From positions 13,452,352 through 13,516,351 of the forward strand of contig NC_092678.1 in the NCBI RefSeq assembly GCF_964355755.1: DNA of 64,000 nucleotides, written 5' to 3'. How positions within the stretch are numbered: position 1 is the stretch's first letter; the number at the start of each line of letters is the position of its first letter. The notes beneath the pieces are model-generated. The model worked only from the letters and a program-made list of their open reading frames with translations, was not told the origin of the DNA and searched no databases. The DNA is from Antedon mediterranea. Lineage: Eukaryota > Animalia > Echinodermata. Shown here in pieces: positions 38,301 to 51,530 of the stretch. The position numbers and the translations under genes were made by a program.

Positions 38301-40464
38301 ATTTTCTCATCTTTATCGTTTTAAATTAATTATATATACTAGATGGTACGCTCGCTTCGCTCGCGTATCATCTAGTTCGTGCCAACAGATGGTTCTCGAA
38401 TACATAATAATTTCAGCGTTAAAAAACTGGCGATTTCAAATGTACGTACAATAATACATGTCGTTTACAGGAAAGAATAAATAGACAATGATTTATGTAC
38501 TCAACTAAAATTAGCACCCTGAGAATTACTTCCGAAAGAGAAAGTTGTCACAAAATGAGACCAATTGTTTAAGTCAAATTTAAACAAACTTAATTTGTGT
38601 TTTGTATGTAACATTAGGGGTGAGGGATGGGGAAGAGGATGGGTGCAAAGAGGAACAATTTTTAAATATATTAAATATATTCTTTATCCATTTAGTAACG
38701 AAATATTAATTGTTTTCATGTTTTACAAATAATATACCACTAAACACAGTAAAACATTGCTATGTAATACTTTGTTAAAACTATCACCGTCCTAGTCGAT
38801 TGAAATAGTACAGTACATGTAACGATACATCACTACGACGTGTATGTTTATATAATGTAAAACAATTTGTGAAAACCACCTCTATTCGAGGAAAATCATA
38901 AATTCGATTTAATTGTCAATAAATATTAAATTATCTAACTTAATTAGTAGGCCTAATGGTTTTCAATTGTTTCTTAGAGCCAATTCATACTTAAGTTGGT
39001 TCTTACCCTACCCACCAAAGTTGTTCTGCGTTTAGGGGATGTGATGCACCGAGGCCTATCCTGTACTGGCTTTACAACGCTACTCATGCCAGTGAGGGAA
39101 GGGTGATGATGTGGGTGGTTTAAATGCAATAATAAAGATTTTTACATAATATACTGCGACTGAAAACGCTAGCTCATTATCCGTTTAAAAAAAATGATAT
39201 CCAACCTCTACGAGCACAGATTGGAAAAAAAATGGATCACATTTCTGTTATGAGTATACAGTACTTGCCTTTACGACGCCCTGAGGAATAGACACTTGTG
39301 GAACAGAGATTGGAATGTTCCATTCATCGCAAATCAATCAGTTGTATAAACGTATATTAAATCTATCAAAATAGTATTTTTTAAAGAAAAGCGGCCTGTC
39401 TTCAACATTATGATGCTGTACTCGAGCTGTTCAACCGGTTTTCAGCCATTAAAAACATTTATCGTAGGAGGAGGAGATAGGAAAATGCGAAGCATCCTCG
39501 TATTATTGTCTGTGGGTATTTTTCAAGATTTCCATTAGACAGTGTATACCACGATCGAAAAACACCCCTATTTGGGGCAAATCGTTGAACCTAAATTCGT
39601 TTTAATTGTCAATAACTAATTATCTAACTCAATTTAATTAGTAAACAGGGTTACATCAGGTGGTAAAAATCAGTACCGAGATTCTAACCAACTGTCATAT
39701 TATTGATGTTGTGATTCTCTGTGTTTAGAGAAGGATGCTTTAGACCAGGTCCGCCTTATTATTAGCCAATCAAAATCGTATAATTTTCGGAGGGAAAATG
39801 TTATCCTCCTCCGAAGCCTAAAATTTGCATATCCAGTATAAAAGTAGAATGTAATAGATATTAGAGGAGAAGAGAGAATAATACCCCTTTTACACTATCA
39901 CCGCAACAGCGGTGTTACCCCGCAGTTGTTAGTACACCGGGCCGTTAAAAGCCGGTGTTGTGGTTTTTATTGACTGGTGTAAATGGGAAAATCGAACCAC
40001 CCCGGTGTGCTCTCCGCGGGGTGAAACGAAGCTGAATGTTTTCCGGTGTGCCTCTCCGGTGTAGTCAAGTCGACACCGGAGACACGAATTCGACACCGGA
40101 GACACGAAAGTGTAAACGGTTTTTGCGATCCAACACCGGGTTGGTAAAGGTTATTGACATGAAAAGGTCATCTTCTATCATTAAATTTGTTATATGTTTG
40201 TGCGAAAAAAATACCTGTTTCTATATTTTGAATGTTTGCATCTTAAAATAATAATTATATTGTATTTAACATTATTTTGTTCTTGTATATATATTTTTTG
40301 AGTATTTTATGTGTTCAAAATTCATGATGTTTGTGTGTTTTTAGAATGAAACCGCGCGAAATCACCACCACACGCTCACTACCTCTCTGTCCTGAATACA
40401 ATCCACACCATTCTCTACTGCTAGGCCTACCTCTGTCATGCAAATACAGTGAATAATCATCATT

Positions 40465-42218
40465 ATGTCTTCAAATGTTTGGACTCAAGATCAAGTTAAA
40501 ATCCTCCTTACCATACGTAGTAATGAAGAAATTGTAGCAATGTTCAACGGGACAAGTAGGGATCGCCGGTGTTATGAACTGATCACTCGCAGATTAAATG
40601 TACGTTTGCCTGAGGCTAGCTAACTACTAAGGCCTAGAGTAGAGTAGTCCTAGGCCTAGCCTAGTCCTAGCTAGTAGAAACTAGGCCTAACTAAAGTTAG
40701 CCTAGGCCCTAGGGCCATGCTATTTATTGTATAAGGAGGTACAATTTTTCTTTATATTTATTTTATCTAGGCCTAGCCTAATAGGCCTAGAGATAAAATA
40801 ATAAATATAAATAAAAATGTTCTTTAATACATTAAAAATTATAAAAAAATGTGACCATAAATTCTAGCCTAGCCTTAATTCATTTTTTATTGATTTTATT
40901 AGGCTAAATCAGATCATCTGTTTTTATGGTCAGATCATCTGTTTGTATTGTCAGATCATTAACAATTTGCCTAAACAGGCCTATATACCACAATTAACTA
41001 AATTTCTACAATATTTTTTTATGCCAGGAATTTGGTGTGGACAAAACGCACCAACAGGTGGTGTATAAACTAAAGGCTCTCAAAGCACAGTTTTTTAAAG
41101 TAAATAACAAAAACAAGACTTCTGGAGAGAGGAGGAACACGTTTTATGCATATGACCTATGTCATGACATATGGGGCCACTCTGCACTAGCAACACCAGT
41201 CAATTTGTTCAGTTCGATTCAAAACGTTGGTAAGTTGTTGATTTCCTTTGTTGTTAAAACATTTTTCAAAATCTTTATTACATTTATATTAAATTTTTAA
41301 ATTACATTTTCATTATTAAACATTACACAAACTATGTTTTTTGAAAACTTAAATAGAATCTGTCAAAAAATCTAATGGAGTCGGAGATGACCGCGCTAAT
41401 GAAGAAGTAGTAGTTGGAGTAGGGGAACTAATGGTCGAGAACACAGATGAACCGAGGATAGAAGAGAACAGAGGAACTGGAGATGAAATAGTATTTGGAG
41501 ATGAAATAGTATTTGGAGATGAAATAGTATTTGGAGATGAAATAGCAATCGGAGATAAAAGGGTAATCAGAGATGAAGCAGAAATCAATGATGAAAGAGT
41601 AATTGAAGTTGAAACAGTAGTTGCGAATGAAAGAGTAGTTGAAGGGGAAAGAGTAGTTGGAGAGGATAAACAAATCGAGGAGGCAAACGAGCCTCAACCT
41701 CAAGGCAAGTGTAAATAATTAACAATTATTAAATATTTTAATTTTAATAATATTGTGTTGCATCAATCACAGCATAGTTTAAACCTCAAAATATTACCGG
41801 TAGTTTTTAACATTTATTTTCACAGCACCCAAAAAAAAGCCGAAAAAAAAAAACAAATTCCAGGAGACAAATGGAGGCAGTAACAGGGTCACTGAAAGAT
41901 GTAATAAATACCCAAAATGCTCAGTTCGAAAAAGCTGAAGAACGGCGCATAGAGAGACAGGAACACTCTGATGCAGAAATGATCAGGCAACACAATGCTA
42001 GTATCCAAAACATGATGTCTGCATTTCAAAACACGCAGATGCAGACAATGAGTATGTTGACGAATCTTCTTCAGACAAGAAATGGCCCACCACCAGATCA
42101 ATATTACCACCCCCATCGAACAGTAGAACTTCATCCCCCATACCACTCTCCTGCATATAGTTCTGCCTCGTACAGCTCACCACACAACTCAAGTAGTGAT
42201 AGCTACAGTCCTATCTAA
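40465..42218 (+). CDS. Harbinger Myb/SANT-like (trihelix) DNA-binding protein; exons 40465-40599, 41028-41229, 41357-41704 and about 41826-42218
   Basis: MSSNVWTQDQVKILLTIR...CYELITRRLN|EFGVDKTHQQVVYKLKALKAQF...FYAYDLCHDIWG, then an acidic GDEIVF repeat exon. Phases are consistent through exon 3; the last junction needs a 1-nt correction in a poly-A run. Confidence 0.85.
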
Positions 42219-43007
42219 AAAAATTTAGCTAAAGCTAAAATTTGTTGGTGAAACAGGTAGCATCAATTTAAAAATTGATGCTACCTGTTTCCCAAAAAAG
42301 ATGTTCGTTTTACCTAAATGTTTATAGTCATATAGTTAAAATATGATACCCATTTAAAAGTAATTTTGTACTTGAAGTATTGGTTTTGCATTTTCCAAAT
42401 TTAAAAAAAAATGTTTGTTTTTACCAAAAATGTTTATGGTATATACTGTAATGCTTTTCTGGGCATAGTTTTGACCTATATGAAAATCATTTCAAATAAA
42501 TGTAGATATTTAATTGATGTTATGCAGAGTTTAAACTTTTAAAATATTCCACTGGTTGGAAATGTTACCTTAGTTTTTCTTTAATTTTTACGACAATAAG
42601 TTTGTCAGTATTAACTAGCAGTTACACATGTGCATTTCTATTCCAAGACTTGCTGTGTAGATAGCATTATTACTATTACAAATGCAAATGTGTACATACG
42701 CTACTGTATAAACTGATATGTCTTTATATTATATTGATAGTTTTTAATATATGGTAAAGTTTGAAAAGCTAATGATGTTAGCAAACTAATGTTGAGCATT
42801 AAAACAAATACTGAATAATTTATTACTGGTAATTATTTCTTTTAATATGCATACTTACTATATGTGAATACATTGTGTTTGGGTTTTTTTTCAAAGCCTT
42901 ATTATTATTTTTTGGGGAACAAAACATCTTAATTTTATACTTTTACAAGATCTAATATAACTTTTTAGTGACAACAATAGCATCTGATTTAATCCACTAT
43001 ACAGGAT

Positions 43008-45094
43008 TCAATGTTGTAAAGAAGCAGTAATGGCATCCCTGATAACTACTCCATTATCCAGCCTTCCAACACCATCCTGATTTTCATCTAATGGTATTAT
43101 AGCAGGTTGGGCTTGCATCTCTTCATTTCATCCCATTCTTCATTGTATTGTTCTTTGTGTATTTCACAGAAGTTATGCAGTAAACAGCATGCTGCAATGA
43201 CTTCACTAGAGAAACCCACAGTCACGTCGTTTCTTTTCATGAGCCGTCGCCATCTGCCCTTCAGTCTTCCAAATGCGTTTTCAACAACAACTCGGGCAGA
43301 ACTTAATGTTTTGTTGAAATTGCGCTGTGCTGAAGTAAGGTTTGCATTGTGTACAAATTCTTTCATCAACCAGGGTTTTAAAGGGTATGCTGGGTCTCCA
43401 ATTAGGCACACTGGTATATCAATACCATTAATAATAGCATTTTTCTGTTAAAAAATCATAGCAAAATCTGTAATAATCACTCATGCAAAATTCACAATTA
43501 AGATTAGTGGAATATCTCGATATCTTACATCTCTACTGAAAAGCAAGCCGTTATTTCTGTCTGCTAAAATAGGCAAATCCGAGTGTGCGAAAACCCTGGC
43601 GTCGTGTGTTCTTCCAGGCCAACCAGCATATACATCAGTGAATCTAAACATTTTAAAAACAAGTTATAATGAGTAAATAATGTCATTACAATTCTTTAAG
43701 TTTTGTTAAGGAAAGTGTAAAAACTTTTGCATTTCATATACAGTATTACAAAACTACAATTACCTGTATTTATGATCAACAACTGCCTGGAGAATAATGC
43801 TATACCATCCCTTTCTGTTGTGGTAGTCTGCTTTGTTATTTGATGGACCTATGATAGGTAGATGTGTCCCATCTATAGCTCCAGCACATTGGGGAAATCC
43901 TTTCCTGCTAAATCCTTCGATGACACGGTCAAGTCTGTCTCCTTAGAATTTAGAATTATTAAATTAGTAAGAAAACACTGCTAATTCTATGAACAAACAT
44001 AATTTCATCTCATACAACAAACTTACCTTGTGGAAGTGATATATACCGCTGAAAGAACTGATGATTTAGCAAAGCAGACACAACTTGTCTTGTCAATACA
44101 CACAGTGTTGATATTGCTATGCCAAACATGTTGGCCAAAGTTCTAAAAATTAATCAAAGTAATTAATAAATTAAAATGTATTAATTTTTATATAAATGAA
44201 TAATTCGCCTTTTTATAAACCATGTTTCATTTCATTTATTTTGTCTCGCATATAACAAAAAAATAACAAACAATAGAGAGAGACAGGATTCCCAAAAGCG
44301 AACTAAATCAAACTATCAAGTGGGTCTCAATAGCAAAACATAATCATCCAACAAAAAAATACAAAATTACAACATTTAAAACATGTGTATCATTAGATGT
44401 TATTCAAACTAAATAGGGTCCACTAATGATATAACAAATTAATACAAACAAAAATTTTTGTTCATCTTCAGGAGTGAAGATGAACATCAATATTTTATGG
44501 CAATATTTTTAAACTAGCCCATAGGCATACCCATTTTTTTTCTATTTCCTTCAACAAAATTCATAACATAAAGATGATTTTTTTTTAATTCATATTATTT
44601 TAAGACGTTAGGCCTACATACCGATATTCTGTCGGCGTTGCCAACCACCAAATTACTATCCCAACTCTCTCTCTGTACGGAATTGCCCTGCGAAAAGTTG
44701 TATCTTGTCTCTCAACAAGAGGCCGTAGTTGTTCAGCAAGTCTATCAAATGTTGCGCGACACATTCTGAAATGTGACCGAAATGTTTCATCGCTGTAATG
44801 TTCCACATTAGCAGCCCAAAACAGGCGACCATGGGCACGGTTTTGTACCCAGATTCTGCGATCAACAAGGTTCGCTCCAAGCGTTGCGGCTGCCAAAACT
44901 TCGACGACTAGGCCCATTTGACGTCGGTTTAGGGCTAAACGCCTTCGCCGTCTACTCCGTGAATTTGCTCTCCTTTTCCTTTGTAGATTCATTAAAAATC
45001 TAAAATTCAAGTCGTTAATTTGATATATGTATTGAAAACATAACGCTTGATAACTCAAAAGTAATGCAAGTATTACAATTTTAACCGGCTCCAT
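43008..45094 (-). CDS. Harbinger (HARBI1-like, DDE_Tnp_4) transposase; exons 45094-44622, 44142-44027, 43941-43764, 43643-43529 and 43444-43008
   Basis: The spliced product contains FRSHFRM, GAIDGTH, YHNRKG, GWPGRTHDA, GDPAYPL, LSSARVVVENAFGRLKGRWR and LHNF. All introns are GT-AG and in phase. One frameshift near 43127 precedes the C-terminal IRDAI; as written the stop is at 43097. Confidence 0.95.
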
Positions 45095-45556
45095 TGTTAA
45101 TATTATTCCTGTCGCGCAGACAGGAGTACAGTGTACTATTTTTACAAATGTTGATTGACAGCACCGGGGTGATGCTGTAGTGTAAATGGGAACAACCCGA
45201 GTTCATCTCGCAGTTTTTTCTGTTAGTGTAAACGAAAATAGCCTCCGAGTTAAACTCGGGTTACTCTCCCAGTTGATAGTGTAAAAGGGGTATAAGATCA
45301 GAGTAGATAAACGGAAAGATGATAAAGAGAATATAAGGCTTGACTGGTAGTGGTAGAAAGATGTATTTATCGAATTACAAGGAATAAAAGTTCTAGTTGA
45401 GTTAAATATACTTTTTGCATGAGTTATCATTCAGTGACAGCTGTGTACGTCGCGTGGAAATATATACGCCTAAGAAAGCTCGGAACGACAGCTGTGTACG
45501 TCGAGTGGATATACGCCTGAGAAAGCTCGGAACCAACTAAAGATAAATTCACTACA

Positions 45557-45570
45557 TGGTGGCAGCGGTG
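45557..45570 (+). other. Primer-binding site complementary to the tRNA-Leu 3' end
   Basis: TGGTGGCAGCGGTG directly follows the LTR's CA. It is complementary to the CACCGCTGCCA-CCA end of metazoan tRNA-Leu(AAG/TAG). Confidence 0.85.
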
Positions 45571-46100
45571 AAAATTTTTGTTTACATGATTTAAGTATCA
45601 AGAAGAAGAAGAAGTGACAGTGCCTACTCTACGGGCCTGTTAAATCAGTAACCAAAAAGTTAAATGGTTACGAAGATCTGGATTCCTGACAGTTTTTATA
45701 CCGTGCGTTGTTTGGATATTACAACGAAGAAGAAGTACTGTTGAGCTCAAGGTACCTACTCAAGACTGCTGGATATTCATCGGAGATACTGTATATATTC
45801 ACCGAGGTCTGAAAGAAGAAGACTGAAGTAACAGAAGGAAGCCCAGAAAATTTTGAGAAGATTTGCAAAGCTGACTTTGTAAACTATTTTTATTTCGAGA
45901 GTAAATTTTTGTACGGAGCGAACTTGGAACGTTGTTTGTGACTTTGAAGTAAATTAATGTCTTAGATTGTATTGCATTTAAAAATTTATGTGGATTTCAT
46001 ATTTTTACATATCTGAATGGAATCAAGGTAATACAAATACTTTTATAACATATTTTGTATACATAAGTTTACATATTTCATTAGTAAAATTGTTATTAGC

Positions 46101-49100
46101 ATGACAACTTTAAGATCGGGTAAAAATATAGATAAGACTATGTCAGACAAAGATACTAGGGAAGATATGGTTGACCAAGTCAATGAAATGTATGATAACA
46201 TGGCTAGGGATATTGATTTGCCCGAAATACTCGGCGGTATGCCTAAAGATATGATGCTCGAATATTTTCGAATGAAGTTCGAGGCCGAGGCCGAAAACAA
46301 AAAGTTAGAATTACAATACCAACAAGACCAAATTAAGATTAGAAGCAGATATAGAGCAAAAGAAAATAGATATAGAGCTAAGAAAAATTGAATCACAAGA
46401 AAGAGTGAAAATGATGGAATTAGAAAATAGGTCTAGCTACAGTAATGCTAGGAATATAGTAGATGAAATGAAGGTAAAGGTTCCTACTTTGAAGGAATCA
46501 GATGATATTGATATATATTTTAGAACATTTGAACACTTGGCAGAAGCCACAGGTTGGGATAAGAATACGTGGTCCGCTAGGTTAGCACCTGAACTGTCTG
46601 GTAAAGCTAGGACAGCATATGCATCCTTAACCGTAAAAGAATGTGTAGATTATGATACCTTAAAGAAGGCAATCTTAGAAAAGTATGATGTGTCCGCAGA
46701 GACCTACAGGTTTAAATTTAGAAATTCAAACAGAGTTAAAGATATGTCCATCAGGGAATGGCTGAATGAGCTCTCCCATTATTTAAAATGTTGGATGAAA
46801 TGTGCTAATGTAAAAGAAGATGATGCTGCAGGCATTATTGAAATGATTATAATGGAACAGGCCCTTGATAAAATGCCTGAAGATCTGAGGCTTTATCTTA
46901 GAGATAAACAAGTAAATAAGAGCTATGATATGGCTATGATAGCCGATGATTATATAGCTAATAGAGGTGGCCGTGGCTATTGGAATGCCGTAAATTCTGA
47001 AAATAAGCCTACGTATTATAAGGGCCAAGAAAATAGTAAACCTAAGAATAGTACGACTCAGAATAACCCTGGAGCTAGGCAGCAAGGATACAATAGGTAT
47101 CGCGGAAGGGGAGGCAAATTCCATAACTATGGTAGAAATTTCCAACAGAGAGAACCTTCAAATGAATGGATTAATGGCCTATGCTTTAATTGTAAGGAGA
47201 AGGGACATAAAATAGGGGATTGTCCTAAGATGGTAGCAAAAGGAAAGACTAGTGACACTAAGAAGGGCCCGAATGTGAAAGATGGCTTAAGATGTGAAGG
47301 ACTAAAATCAGATAGACCCCAAGTAGTTATAGATAGTGTAGAAAATAAAATGGAGAAATGTACTATAACAGGAAAATTAGAAGGACAGGATATAACTATG
47401 CTTAGAGACTCGGGATGTACCCAGTCAGCTGTTAAGGAAAGTCTAGTGCCTAACAAATGTTACTTGCCAGGAAAATGGGTTACGTTAAGAGGTATAGGAG
47501 GCGATATTACCGTCCCCTTAGCTGAGGTAGCTATAGAAAGTAAGATAGTGACAGGAAAAGTGACTGTAGCCGTAATCGAAGGATTACAGAGGGACATGTT
47601 ATTGGGTCATGATTTGGCCCAGAATTGTGGGGAAACAATGGCTAAAGAAATGTTCGTCCTAACTAGGGAGCAAGCCAGAATAGAAAATGATGTTAGAATA
47701 CAAGACGAAATGATATTGTTAGAAAAAGATAGTAACTTTAAGCCGATAGAAGAGCCGCCTAAAGAAACTAATGTACAATTGTTGAAAACAGTAGTAAATG
47801 ACAACAAAGTAAATAAAACTAAGTGTTTAGATGATATGAATGGAACAGAAATGAATAATTTGTTTGACGAAAATGAGGATAAAGCTAAAGATAAAACAGT
47901 CAAACATAAAACTTATGAACAACAGCACAAGCTGAACCTAACTAAACAAGAACTGATCAAATTGCAAACTAAGGATGACTCACTCAAAGGAGTGTTTGAC
48001 AGGGTAGTCCCTATAGAAGAAATAGGTCAGCATAGGGTGTGTTTCTTTATGAGACAAGGTATATTGATGAGAAATTGGAGTAGTATTAAAGATAAGAATA
48101 ACCAAGTGGAACAGATTGTATTACCCACTCAGTGTAGACAGGGTGTATTACACTTAGGTCATAATGTGCCATTTGCAGGTCACATGGGTGTTGAGAAAAC
48201 TAAAAGTAGGGTCCTGAACCAATTCTATTGGCCAGGTATATTTAAAGATGTGGTAGTCTATTGTAAAGTCTGTAAGGAATGCCAAAAGGTAGATAAGGGT
48301 AAAAGTAAAAGGAAACATACTTTGATACCATTACCGATTATAAGTACACCATTTAAACGTATAGCGATAGACATTGTTGGACCCTTATCTAGAACAAGCC
48401 GTAATAACAAATATATGCTTACTATAATTGACTATGCTACGAGATATCCGGATGCTATCCCGTTACCCAATGTTAGAGCTGAAACAGTAGCCAGGGCTCT
48501 AATAGAAGTCTTTACTAGAGTAGGATTACCCGAAGAGATTGTACATGATCAAGGAACTAATTTCATGTCTTCAATTATGCAATCTATATGTAGTATGTTG
48601 GGGATTAATCAATTAAAGACTACAGTGTACCACCCCAAAGCAATGGGCTTGTTGAAAGATTTCACGGTACATTGAAAAATATGATAAGGACACTTACAGT
48701 TAAGCAAAGAAAAAATTGGGATAACTACATACCCCCCTTTCTGTTTGCATACAGAGAAGTTCCTAGTAAAGCGACGGGCCATTCACCTTTTAAATTGCTT
48801 TATGGTAGAGAGGTGAGGGGACCCTTGAGCTTACTCAAAAGTAATTGGGTAGAAGATGAAGAAACATCTACTGATGTTATCAAATACATGTTAGAAATAA
48901 GAGAAAAAATGGAGGAATTAATGAAAGATGCTAATGTAAACAAACTTGAACAACAAGAAATTATGTCCCACAATTATAACAAGAATGCTATTGATAGAGA
49001 ATTTGTAGAAGGGGACAAAGTGTTGATATTCCTTCCAGTAGGAAATAGTAAGTTAGACAGTAAATGGCAAGGCCCCTTCACTGTTACAAAAAAGGTCAAT

Positions 49101-50730
49101 GATGTAAATTATGAAATATACAGAGGAGGTAGAAGAAAAGAAAAACAAATTCTACATGTTAATATGTTAAAGAGATGGTATGATAAAGTAGAAATAAGTA
49201 AAGATGGTTATTATGTAGTAACAAATGTCCAGTCGATAGAAGAAGTAGACTTAAATGAAACAGTCCATGACAATGAGTTAGATAGTGAAATAGACATAGG
49301 ATTGTCTTATCATCAATCACAAACATGGAGAGATGTTAACGTTAGTAGTAATTTAAATGATACACAAACTAAACAATTAACAGAATTGTTAAAGTACCAA
49401 CAGAATGTATTCTCGGATGTACCAGGTAGAACTTACTTGGTGACACATGAAATTAAGACTAATGGTGAAATGCCTATAAGGCATAGGGCATATAGAACGC
49501 CCCAAGCATTAAAGGGTAAATTGAAAGAAGAATTAGATAGTATGTTGGCTATGGGTATAATAGAACCTACAGTTAGTGCCTATGCTGCACCTATTATTGC
49601 CCTGAAGAAAGGCCAGAATCAAATTAGAATGGTGACAGATTTTAGATCACTAAATAAGACTACACAATTTGACCCTTATGTTATGCCTCGCATAGACGAA
49701 ATGTTGGATGAGGTATCATCCGCAATATACATAACTACGTTAGATCTAACTAAAGGATTTTACCAGGTGCCTCTGGATCCTAAGACCAAAGACAAATCAG
49801 CATTTATTACACAATTTGGACAGTATTGTTACAATGTACTTCCATTTGGTATGCAAAATAGCTCTAGTACTTTCCAAAGATTAATGGATAAGGTATTACA
49901 AGGTACTGAGGGATATGCTAAGGCATATATAGATGACATATGTATTTATAGTCAAACTTGGAAGGATCATATTTTTTCATTTGAATGATGTATTAGAAAG
50001 ATTAAGTAGTGCTGGATTGACAGCAAAGCCTTTGAAATGTAAAATTGCCTATGCACAGGTAGAATTTCTGGGGCATAAGATTGGTAATGGAGAAATTAGA
50101 CCCATGATTGATAAGGTTGAGGCTGTGGAAAAGTTCCCCAGACCTTTGTCTAAGAAACAAGTCCGATCATTTCTCGGATTAACTGGCTATTACAGAAAAT
50201 TTGTACAGAACTATGCCGATATTGCTAAGCCATTGATTGATTTAACTTTAAAGAGTAAAAGTAATACCGTTAAGTGGAATGAACAATGTGAAAATGCCTT
50301 TGTAACTTTAAAGAAACGACTTACTGATGATAATGTATTAAAAGCCCCAAATTTTGATAAGATGTTTTTATTGCAAACCGATGCCTCAAATTATGGCATA
50401 GGTGCAGTGCTGAGCCAAATAGATGGTGAGGGTAATGATTATCCCATTGTGTACTTAAGTAGAAAGTTATCTGTACATGAGCAGAGATATTCTGTGCCAG
50501 AAAAAGAGTGCCTCTCTATTGTTTGGGCTATCAATAAACTTAAGTATTATCTGTATGGTTGTGAATTTCAAGTTCATACTGACCACCAGGCATTGAGATG
50601 GATGGACTCAATGAAGGGTGCCAATGTTAGACTTATGAGATGGGCTCTGTTTTTACAAGGATATAAATTTAAAGTTATTTACAAGAAAGGATCATTAAAT
50701 GGAAATGCAGATGGATTTAGCCGTGCATAA
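46101..50730 (+). CDS. Gmr1-like gag-pol polyprotein (capsid, CCHC knuckle, protease, integrase, RT, RNase H), broken by three 1-nt frameshifts
   Basis: CFNCKEKGHKIGDC; LRDSG; GHNVPFAGHMG..CKEC; AIDIVGP..HDQG; WQGPF; LDLTKGFYQV, LPFGM, YIDD; LQTDAS, EKECL, TDH, NADGFSR. Confidence 0.93.
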
Positions 50731-51376
50731 TAATATTATAGAGGTGTTATTAGTAGATACAGTAGTTTAAAGTAAAAATGGTTTTAAATGTTAAATTTTT
50801 GGAAAGATTGACACAATCTTTTTCCCAAAAAGGGGAATGTCATATTATTGATGTTGTGATTCTCTGTGTTTAGAGAAGGATGCTTTAGACCAGGTCCGCC
50901 TTATTATTAGCCAATCAAAATCGTATAATTTTCGGAGGGAAAATGTTATCCTCCTCTGAAGCCTAAAATTTGCATATCCAGTATAAAAGTAGAATGTAAT
51001 AGATATTAGAGGAGAAGAGAGAATAAGATCAGAGTAGATAAACGGAAAGATGATAAAGAGAATATAAGGCTTGACTGGTAGTGGTAGAAAGATGTATTTA
51101 TCGAATTACAAGGAATAAAAGTTCTAGTTGAGTTAAATATACTTTTTGCATGAGTTATCATTCAGTGACAGCTGTGTACGTCGCGTGGAAATATATACGC
51201 CTAAGAAAGCTCGGAACGACAGCTGTGTACGTCGAGTGGATATACGCCTGAGAAAGCTCGGAACCAACTAAAGATAAATTCACTACACCAACTTTATATA
51301 CAATCGAGTAAACATTCTAGAAATAACGCGCGATTTACCGAATTTTGCCCTTACGTAAATTTATATATAGATATAT

Positions 51377-51528
51377 CATTCCGATGAAGGGCTAGTGTTG
51401 CCCGAAAGCTCTGCTAACTTTTCTGGCTGTTTACTTTATCGTTTTGATTTAGCTTTTCGCTTTTTATTTTTGTATCTCCATTGAGATCCAGCCACTGATA
51501 CCCACAGCATTGTCATTTTTTTCAGTAA
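51377..51528 (+). mobile_element. Penelope pLTR fragment (same family as 2927-8296)
   Basis: Reverse complement of 2943-3090; preceded by a short TA-rich tract. Confidence 0.88.
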
Positions 51529-51530
51529 TT

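Larger units (their letters stand above)
39882..45292. mobile_element. Autonomous-type PIF/Harbinger DNA transposon (5.4 kb) inserted in the Gypsy 5' LTR
   Basis: 19-bp perfect TIR TACCCCTTTTACACTATCA and a TAA TSD (39879-39881 and 45293-45295). The empty site is visible in the 3' LTR. It carries convergent transposase and Myb/SANT genes. Confidence 0.97.
39693..51287 (+). mobile_element. Full-length Gmr1-like Ty3/Gypsy LTR retrotransposon
   Basis: 450-bp TG...CA LTRs (39693-39881 plus 45296-45556; 50838-51287), a 5-bp CCAAC TSD, PBS 45557-45570 and PPT 50827-50837. Domain order is gag-PR-INT-RT-RH. Confidence 0.96.

Noticed and set aside
38337-38372. ACTAGATGGTACGC..GCGTATCATCTAGT palindrome (related to 18455-18483) as a Helitron-type 5' end
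   Set aside because: Plausible, but the 3' terminus could not be located, so no element is called.
46783-47903. Antisense ORFs within the Gypsy, LINE, DIRS and Harbinger coding regions
   Set aside because: They are shadow frames of real coding strands and have no independent motifs.
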